The notes under the pieces are model-generated. The model ran no database searches and had not been told where the DNA came from. It was given only the letters and a program-made list of their open reading frames with translations. Positions 56,979 to 64,000 of a stretch of DNA of 64,000 nucleotides are shown here, piece after piece. The position numbers were made by a program, and so were the translations under genes. The stretch is from Candidatus Latescibacterota bacterium (GTDB lineage Bacteria > Latescibacterota > UBA2968 > UBA8231): contig OZ241889.1 in assembly GCA_965203355.1 (NCBI GenBank), positions 2,176,001 to 2,240,000 of the forward strand, in the 5' to 3' direction. Position 1 is the first letter of the stretch; every line of letters begins with the position of its first letter.

Positions 56979-57866
56979 TCAGGAGGTAATGGGGGTGGTG
57001 CCCCGCACCTGTTCGACTTGGCTGGCGGCATGGTACGAGCTGCGCACCAACGGGCCAGACTCGACGTGGCGAAAGCCCAAGCCGAGGGCAAAACGCCGCC
57101 ACTGGGCGAATTCGTCGGGGTGGACGAAGTGCTCTACGGGCACGTGGTGGGCGGACGGGCTTAGGTATTGGCCCAAGGTCAGAATGGCGCACCCGACATC
57201 CGCTAGATCTTGGATGCTCTGGGCTATTTCTTTTTTGGTCTCGCCGGCTCCTAGCATCATGCCGGACTTGGTAGGGGCTGGACTCATGTTGCGGGCTCGG
57301 TCGAGGAGCTCGAGGGAGCGGCCGTACTGGGCTTGCGGGCGCATGGTGGGGTAGAGGCGCGGCGGCGTCTCGATGTTGTGATTGAGGATGTCCGGGCCGG
57401 CTTCAAGGACGGTCGCTAGGGCCTGCCAGTCGCCCTTGAAGTCTGGGATCAGGACTTCGACGCTCGTCTCGGGGCAAAGGTGATGTACTGCCGCAATCGT
57501 CCGGGCGAAGATGCGTGCTCCGCCATCTGGCAGTTCGTCGCGATTGACCGAGGTAATCACCGCGTGATTTAGCCCGAGGCGGGCAATGGCTGTGGCAACG
57601 CGCTCCGGCTCTTCTTCGTCGAGGCGTTGGGGCCGCCCGGTCTTGATCGCGCAAAATCCGCAACGGCGGGTGCATACATCGCCCAAAATCATAAAGGTCG
57701 CCGTGCGTTGGCTCCAGCACTCGCCGATGTTGGGGCAGTGCGCACTCTCGCACACCGTGTTAAGCTGTAGGTCGGCGAGCAGGTTTTTTAGGGCGATGTA
57801 ATTGGGGTGGCCTGGGGCTTTGGCCTTGAGCCAAGGTGGGAGTCGGCGCTTGGAGTTAGATGTCAT
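56979..57866 (-). CDS. lipA: Lipoyl synthase
   Basis: CESAHCPNIGEC, CTRRCGFC, TSVNRD, RSSYHA. Confidence 0.97.
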   Translation of the reverse strand: MTSNSKRRLPPWLKAKAPGHPNYIALKNLLADLQLNTVCESAHCPNIGECWSQRTATFMILGDVCTRRCGFCAIKTGRPQRLDEEEPERVATAIARLGLNHAVITSVNRDELPDGGARIFARTIAAVHHLCPETSVEVLIPDFKGDWQALATVLEAGPDILNHNIETPPRLYPTMRPQAQYGRSLELLDRARNMSPAPTKSGMMLGAGETKKEIAQSIQDLADVGCAILTLGQYLSPSAHHVPVEHFVHPDEFAQWRRFALGLGFRHVESGPLVRSSYHAASQVEQVRGTTPITS

Positions 57867-58106
57867 AGGATAGAAAAAGAAAAACTAAAATAGATAGGAT
57901 ATAATACGACTCCAGTACGTTAATATCAAGACTTAGTGGGCACTGGTAATGGTACATTTTGCAATCTCCAATTGTTGCGGTACGGTTGAGGTCGGGCTTG
58001 GGGTGCCGGGGTTCAGGCGGAGCGGGAGTGAGGGCGTAAAGCTAAATACCACTACCGACGAATGGCCTTCGGCATCTGCCGCTTCTTGCGACGAGCCGCG
58101 GCCAAA

Positions 58107-58514
58107 CCCAGAACATTGAGGTCCCATTTTCGTGATTCGCGGTGTCGTGTGTGCTACTTGAGCAGCAGCATCTTCTGGACGGCGAGGAACGTTTCATCCG
58201 CTTGCAAGCGGTCCGTAGGCTGTCGATCGGACGTTCATAAAGGAAAAGAAAATGGGACCCCAGAACATCGGGGTCCCATTTCCGTAACTTGCGGTGTCGT
58301 GTGTGCTACTTGAGCGACAGCATCTTCTGGACAGCGAGGAACGTTTCATCCGCTTGCAAGCGGTCCGTAGGCTGTCGATCGGACGTTCATAAGGAAAAGA
58401 AAATGGGACCCCAGAACATCGGGGTCCCATTTTCGTGCTTCGCGGTGCCGCGTGTGCTACTTGAGCAGCAACATCTTCTTGATGTCGAGGAAGTCGCCGC
58501 CCGCTTGCAAGCGG
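58107..58514 (-). repeat. About 151-152 bp tandem repeat (about 2.7 copies) of the surface-gene 3' end plus terminator
   Basis: Palindrome CCGCTTGCAAGCGG at 58198, 58350 and 58501; each followed on the minus strand by a KML[L/S]LK* coding end and a hairpin. Confidence 0.9.
58399..58434 (-). terminator. Rho-independent terminator of the surface protein gene (copy near 58248-58282)
   Basis: GAAAATGGGACCCC-N8-GGGGTCCCATTTTC followed by a T-rich tract on the minus strand. Confidence 0.8.
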
Positions 58515-61500
58515 TAGAAGTACATCCCGGACGACACGCTCTGGCCGCTATCGTTGGTCGCGTCCCACTCCACCGCGTAGCGACCCGCCGCCTGATGCTC
58601 GGCGACCAGCGTCCGAATCGGCTGACCCAACACGTTATACACGGTCAGCCCCACGTCCGCCGCCTGCGGCAACGCATACTGAATCGTCGTCTGCGGATTG
58701 AACGGGTTGGGATAGTTGGCTGCCAGCGAGAACACGGCCGGGCGCGTCTGCACCGAAATCGGCGCGGGCAATGCCAGCCGGTTGAAGCCCAACGCCCGGT
58801 CCCACGTCCGGTTGTCGGTGATTTCGAGGGTCGTGTGCGCGATCTCAGTCATCGGCCGGAAGACCAAGCGCAGCATCAGCTCGCCGTCGGCAACGACGTT
58901 GCCGTGCGTGGCTACCGTCAACACGCCCGCTTCGGCCAGCACCTGCGGCGGCGCCCACGCACGGAGATCGGTCCGCGCCTCGACGAAAGTTAGCTGGTCG
59001 GCGTCATAAGCCACCTGCAAGCCGTAGCCCTTGACCGCTACGAAGTCGGCCAACCGCACATCGACGATGAACTCTTCTCCCACGCTCGGCAGTTCTGTCG
59101 GCGCATCCAGATACAGCCGCGCCGCCGCATTCAGCCCGGCCCGCAACGGCACCGGCTTGCCCGCTCCGCTGTTGAACCGATCGAACAACGCGCCCAAGTC
59201 GCCAAAGTCCAGCATCGCGTTGACCGTAATCGTGAACATCAGCGAGACGCTTTCTTCGCCAGCCGTCGCCGTGTAGGTGACTTCAACGGCCCCATCGGTC
59301 GCCGCTTCCGGGGTGCCGGAAATCGTCCGGGTCGCCGCGTCAAACGCCAGCCCGGCCGGCAGACCCGACACGCTATACGTGATGGCTCCCTCGCCGCCCA
59401 ACGCCATCGGCAGTTCTAACGAGTGAATCGCCGTGCCCGCCGTATAGTTCTGGTTGGGAATTGAAGCACCATCAATAAACGCCAAGGCGATCATCATATC
59501 CTCATCGCCGTCCATATTGTCGTCCATCATGCCGCGGTCCATGTCGGTCAGCACCAGCGTCGCCGAACCCGCCATCAAGCCGGGCAGCATCGCGTTGAGG
59601 ATGATCGTCTCGTCGCCTTCGGCCAGGCCGTCGGAGACTGGATCGATCAACAGGCGCGTCGAACCCATAATCGAACCGGCGGCAATGGTAATGGTCGGAT
59701 TGAACAGCGCCGAGTAGTCCGTGTCGCGGGTGGCACTGCTCGCAGCCGCATCAATCGAAACGGAGACCGTCGCGTTCTCGGCCAACGGCTTGCCGTCTAG
59801 CGCGGCCATGACCATTACTTCCGTCAATTCGGCTGACTCGCTGATCGCGCTCGGCGTCACCGACAGCACCAAAGACGTGCTGGGCGTTTCGTCGTCGGAA
59901 ATGCGGATGTCCACCTGCGCCCAGCCGCCCGAAGCCGCCGCTCGCACCCCCAAGTGCTTATGACCGGCCGCTGAAGCATTGTCAATCGGCGACAGGAAAA
60001 GCGTCGTCGAACCCATCGTCTCGCCAGCCGCAATCGTGATCGTCCCCGCTAATGTCGCGGTGTAATCCACGTCGCGGGTGGCCATCGCGCCGCTGGCCGG
60101 CGGCACAATCGTGAAACGGACCGTCTCAGCCGCCGGAGCCGCGCCCGACAAGGTCGCCGTAACTCGGATTTCAGCCGTCTCGCCGTTCTCGCGCACGGCC
60201 GATTGCGAAGCCATCACACTGGCGACGCCAATCGTAACCGGCGCGGCGTCAGCAACCGTGATGGTGAAAGTCCGTACTCCGCCATCGCCGTCGGCATCGA
60301 TCGCCGTATAGACGACCGAGGCCATGCCCGCCAGCGTCGGCGTCCCGGAAAGCGTCCGCGTGGCCGCGTCAAACGACAGACCCAGCGGCAGGTTCGACGA
60401 AACGCTGTACGAGAGCGTTCCTTGGCCGCCCGTGGCCGCGGGCAACACCGCGCTAAACGTTTGGCCAACCGTCGCTTCAAAGGCTAACGCGGCCGTGCCG
60501 AAACTCGGCCATCCCGTGTCCGCGGGCGTCTCGGAAGAATCATCCATCATCGCCGCGTCTTTCAGCTTGATCGCCACGGGGTCGACCGCGATCTTGTCGT
60601 CGTCTTGGTTCTTGAGATTGTCCGTGAGCGGCTCGATCGTGATCGTCTCGTCGTTGTCGGCGGCTCCGTCGTTGACCGGCGTGATCGTGATCGTCGTTGA
60701 GCCGGTGATCTCGCCCGCCGGAATCGTCAGCGAGCGAAGCACCGCCGTGTAATCCACATCCCGCGTCGCGGCACCGGACGCATCCTCATCCAAGACCAAC
60801 GAGATCGTCGCATCCGCGTCGAGCCCCTTGCCGTCTAACGTGCCGGTCACCGTAACCGTCGTCTCACCCGCGTCCTCTTTGATTTCACCCGGGCTGACCG
60901 ACAGCGTGATGTTTTCGCTCAGCGTCTCATCGTCCGTGATCGTGAACGTCTGCTCGTTCATCTGAGACGTTTCGGAGCCGACTTTCGCTGTCACCGTGAA
61001 CGTCCGCGCATTATGCGAAGTGCTGTTGTCCACCGGCGTGACGCGCAGCGTCGCCGTGCCTTTCGTATCGCCGGCCGGGATCGTCAGCCCCTCAATCACT
61101 TCCACCTCGTAATGCACATCGCGCGTCCCCTCACCCGCCGTAATCTGAAAGTCCACCGCCTTCGCGCCGGTTAAAGCCGTCTCCAACTCAACGGTCATCG
61201 TAACGTCCGTCACCCCGGCGGCCTCGCGGATCGTTTTCGGACTCAGCGTAAACGCCTTGATCCGTGCCACCGCAACGTCCTCAACCGTGATGGTGCCGGG
61301 GTTGACCACAATAGGAATGACAAAAGAGTCCACACGCTTTATCGTTGCCCCATTGGCGAAGGCACTGTTAGTGAATTGCCCATCGCCGTTAAAGTCAATA
61401 CGGAGTTTGAGAACAGCGTTACCGTCGGCGGCAGTCGTGGCCCCTACATCAAGTAAGACGGCACTTGCTTCCGTTAGCACTTTTCCGGCGGGCACCACAT

Positions 61501-62698
61501 AGGTATCCAACAAATCGTCATCCTCGAAAAAGTCGATCCCCAAGTCTGCTTCTACCAAGACGGTCCCCGCCGGGATTTTGTCGGAGGTGCTAAAGTCTTC
61601 ATTCGCCCATACACTGGTGAATTTTCTCCCAAATATCTTAGTCCCCCCAAGAGTAGTAGCCTCTGTTCCAATATCCCCATCGCCGTTGAAGTCAATGCCG
61701 ATGACACCATAGGTGTTATCAACGTATTCGTTAAGCTTGACTCCGTCGTTTGTCGAATGCACATAATTATCTCCATTTAAGGTCCCTTCATGCCTTAAGT
61801 CGAACCGGACCTGCTTACCCGCGCTATTGATCCGCTTCTTGAACTCCACCAGCAGCGTATCCTTGGCCCCCAGCACGATATTGCCGTCCTTATTATTCGG
61901 ATCGACGGTGATCGTCGTCGTCGCGTCGATCTTCCGCTTTGGAATGGTCAACTTCCCCAGCCCTCGAATCGAGTAATCCACATCGCGCGTCAACGTACTG
62001 GTAGAAGCAACAACCAACTGGGTTTCAAGGTCGCGCTCCGTCCACGAGCCGCCATCCAACATCGCCGTTACTTCAATCGGAGTCGCATCCGCCTGCTTGC
62101 TGAGCTTGGACGGCGAAAAAGAGAGGTTGATCCTGGGGACGAACACATCGTCGTCAATAATATCAATATAGAAGACGCCAGTAACACCAGTCCCACTCTC
62201 CGTATAGGCCGGGGTGGTTTGGCCTTTTAAGGAGATGTCTCCAGTGGAACCCTCTACGTCAATCACGATAGGAATATTAACCCGCTTTAGAACCTTCATT
62301 GTATCAACAGTACCCGTTATGGTCAGGGTATCAACATTCGCTGAAGCATTGGTCGGGTTCGTTCCAATCCGATCATTGTTTATCGGGGTTATGGTGATCG
62401 TCCCGGTCGCCTTGCGCGCGCCCTTCTTAATCACCAAAGAGGGCAAGGATATTCTGAAGTACTCGTTGAGATAGCGGGCCGTGACACCGACAAGACTCAT
62501 CGGAAGATGAAGATCGACCTTCGCCTTCGCGTCAGCCGTTCTTAGTTCGGCTGTCACCATAATATCCTGCGCCCCTCCATCCTCGCGGACGGAACGCCGG
62601 TCAACGGATATGTCGATGTCCTCGGTCTGCGCCACAGCCTCGCCGGCCCAGCCCAACACCAAACTGGCAACCAGCAAACAACAAACGCCGTAAGTCAT
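58457..62698 (-). CDS. Large secreted surface protein (Calx-beta-like repeats, He_PIG Ig domains, FlgD/Por-tail-like C-terminus); true start probably 62775 across a G17 tract
   Basis: Signal peptide, TRDVDY repeats, LP.GL.FDAATRT.SGTP x2, NYPNPFNP C-terminal domain. Confidence 0.85.
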   Translation of the reverse strand: MTYGVCCLLVASLVLGWAGEAVAQTEDIDISVDRRSVREDGGAQDIMVTAELRTADAKAKVDLHLPMSLVGVTARYLNEYFRISLPSLVIKKGARKATGTITITPINNDRIGTNPTNASANVDTLTITGTVDTMKVLKRVNIPIVIDVEGSTGDISLKGQTTPAYTESGTGVTGVFYIDIIDDDVFVPRINLSFSPSKLSKQADATPIEVTAMLDGGSWTERDLETQLVVASTSTLTRDVDYSIRGLGKLTIPKRKIDATTTITVDPNNKDGNIVLGAKDTLLVEFKKRINSAGKQVRFDLRHEGTLNGDNYVHSTNDGVKLNEYVDNTYGVIGIDFNGDGDIGTEATTLGGTKIFGRKFTSVWANEDFSTSDKIPAGTVLVEADLGIDFFEDDDLLDTYVVPAGKVLTEASAVLLDVGATTAADGNAVLKLRIDFNGDGQFTNSAFANGATIKRVDSFVIPIVVNPGTITVEDVAVARIKAFTLSPKTIREAAGVTDVTMTVELETALTGAKAVDFQITAGEGTRDVHYEVEVIEGLTIPAGDTKGTATLRVTPVDNSTSHNARTFTVTAKVGSETSQMNEQTFTITDDETLSENITLSVSPGEIKEDAGETTVTVTGTLDGKGLDADATISLVLDEDASGAATRDVDYTAVLRSLTIPAGEITGSTTITITPVNDGAADNDETITIEPLTDNLKNQDDDKIAVDPVAIKLKDAAMMDDSSETPADTGWPSFGTAALAFEATVGQTFSAVLPAATGGQGTLSYSVSSNLPLGLSFDAATRTLSGTPTLAGMASVVYTAIDADGDGGVRTFTITVADAAPVTIGVASVMASQSAVRENGETAEIRVTATLSGAAPAAETVRFTIVPPASGAMATRDVDYTATLAGTITIAAGETMGSTTLFLSPIDNASAAGHKHLGVRAAASGGWAQVDIRISDDETPSTSLVLSVTPSAISESAELTEVMVMAALDGKPLAENATVSVSIDAAASSATRDTDYSALFNPTITIAAGSIMGSTRLLIDPVSDGLAEGDETIILNAMLPGLMAGSATLVLTDMDRGMMDDNMDGDEDMMIALAFIDGASIPNQNYTAGTAIHSLELPMALGGEGAITYSVSGLPAGLAFDAATRTISGTPEAATDGAVEVTYTATAGEESVSLMFTITVNAMLDFGDLGALFDRFNSGAGKPVPLRAGLNAAARLYLDAPTELPSVGEEFIVDVRLADFVAVKGYGLQVAYDADQLTFVEARTDLRAWAPPQVLAEAGVLTVATHGNVVADGELMLRLVFRPMTEIAHTTLEITDNRTWDRALGFNRLALPAPISVQTRPAVFSLAANYPNPFNPQTTIQYALPQAADVGLTVYNVLGQPIRTLVAEHQAAGRYAVEWDATNDSGQSVSSGMYFYRLQAGGDFLDIKKMLLLK

Positions 62699-62715
62699 TA
62701 AAAAACAACGACTTA

Positions 62716-62732
62716 CCCCCCCCCCCCCCCCC
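62716..62732 (-). repeat. G17 homopolymer (C17 on +) in the 5' coding region
   Basis: Lies between the RBS/ATG at 62775 and the ORF at 62698. Confidence 0.9.
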
Positions 62733-62908
62733 GACTTTCCGAGGACTGCACGAGCAAGTTGAAATGGTTCATCATTTAGCCTCCTCTGGGCTTAGGTAAG
62801 TGAATAAATAATGAATAAAATGAATTGTGCTTGACGCAAAAGATAAAGAAAAGCCACGCTTTCGAGCAACAAAAACATGTTGAAGGGATAAAATCTTCAA
62901 ATTGCCCA

Positions 62909-64000
62909 CTACCTGGGCACCGCGGCTACGCACATGCGGTACAGCCCGCACCACAGATAGCCGACGGGAATGAGTTTAGTGCTGCGATAGGCGATGGAAG
63001 TGCCCGGCCCCCACGTGCGTTCAGGGTCAATCGGCCCATAGACCCCCGGCTCAAGGTCGAAGCAGACAAAGGGCGTCGGCAGAGCGATAAAAGCAAATAT
63101 CCACAAGAACTTAGGATTGCCTGAGTGCGCGTACAAAGCCACGAGTACGGGCTGGAGAAAGACATAGTGATGTTCCCAAACGTCTTTGTACACTAAAAAA
63201 AACGTACATATCCACAGCGCGAGTAGCGGCAGGGCATCGCGGCCCCGATAGGTGGCCACCAGTGCCGCGACGAGGATGGCCGCCTGCGAGCAATAGATGA
63301 CCGCGCGGCCCGCCAAAGGAAGATCGGCGAGGGTTGTCAGCTCGGCGAGCGGCTGCGCGGCTAGTTGGGCCACGACGCTGACTAGCCCGCCTTGCAGCCC
63401 GAGGTTGCCCGCATGGGTGAGGGCCCCTTGGACCGGGGCGCCGTAGATGTTGGCGGCGAAAAAGGCCGCCGAACTCTCGGGATGCGTCAGGAAGTAAGGC
63501 AGCGAAGTGAACAAGCCCGCTAGCAGGCCCAAAGCGAGGACGCGCCCGGCGCGAAGCCGCAAAAGCGCGGGCGCGAGGATCAAGGCGTTGGGCTTGATCA
63601 AGAGGGCCCCCGCCCAACAGAAACTGGGGCTCCATTTCCGGTCGCGGTGGACACCGACGAGGAGCCAAAAGAGCAGCGATGCCGCCCAAAAGCTGACCTG
63701 CCCCATGTAGAGTTCGAGAAAGTAAGGCGAGAACGCCAGCCACATAAACAAGGCCAAGCCCCGGCGCGGCTCTTCGACCCACCGCCAAGTCAGGTAGAGG
63801 TTGGCCGCGAGGAAAAGCTCAGTGCAGCAGAGATGCAGAAAGTATGCGGTGAGGGGCTGAAAGTGGGTGAAAAGGCGGGCGACCCAGGCAAAGGCCGGCA
63901 GATAGCGGAAGCCGAAGGCGCCCGACACGGAGTAGATGTCGCGGCCTTCGGCTAGGGCTTGGCCCGCCAAGTAGAAAACCCCGAAGTCAAAGCCGCGGCG
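62909..64000 (-). CDS. GT87/DUF2029-like GT-C membrane glycosyltransferase (5' end outside window)
   Basis: DFGVFY..G, FRYLPAF, GQV, IKP, WEHHYV motifs; many TMs. Confidence 0.75.
   Translation of the reverse strand, partial: RRGFDFGVFYLAGQALAEGRDIYSVSGAFGFRYLPAFAWVARLFTHFQPLTAYFLHLCCTELFLAANLYLTWRWVEEPRRGLALFMWLAFSPYFLELYMGQVSFWAASLLFWLLVGVHRDRKWSPSFCWAGALLIKPNALILAPALLRLRAGRVLALGLLAGLFTSLPYFLTHPESSAAFFAANIYGAPVQGALTHAGNLGLQGGLVSVVAQLAAQPLAELTTLADLPLAGRAVIYCSQAAILVAALVATYRGRDALPLLALWICTFFLVYKDVWEHHYVFLQPVLVALYAHSGNPKFLWIFAFIALPTPFVCFDLEPGVYGPIDPERTWGPGTSIAYRSTKLIPVGYLWCGLYRMCVAAVPR

Noticed and set aside
58107-58514. DGR template/variable repeat or CRISPR
   Set aside because: Differences are not adenine-specific, no reverse transcriptase is in the window, and inter-unit sequences are not unique

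Overview
GC-rich bacterial chromosomal window. The ankyrin proteins, FlgD/Por-tail surface protein and stand-alone BMC vertex genes suggest an FCB-group/Latescibacterota-like, possibly host-associated organism (inference). It has five main parts. (1) 2.6-14.2 kb: a signalling locus with three mosaic Hanks Ser/Thr kinases, a PP2C phosphatase, four FHA proteins (two of them membrane receptors with extracytoplasmic trypsin domains, one active and one catalytically dead) and an ExbB/MotA-like channel with a vWA-tipped partner. (2) tRNA-Thr next to an AAA/DUF3696+PIN cassette. (3) Housekeeping genes (ABC exporter, acyl-ACP desaturase, psp, three EutN/CcmL, ispH, manC, a lnt-tatC fusion, radC, mnmG, lipA), with an AT-richer island carrying a second, unrelated MotA/ExbD-like + vWA system. 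(4) A FadR-regulated corrinoid methyl-transfer operon interrupted by accessory debris. (5) A large surface protein with a G17 tract in its 5' end that appears phase-OFF. Two of the accessory cassettes are flanked by duplicated 3' ends of host genes, similar gene-end duplications recur elsewhere, and no integrase is seen.
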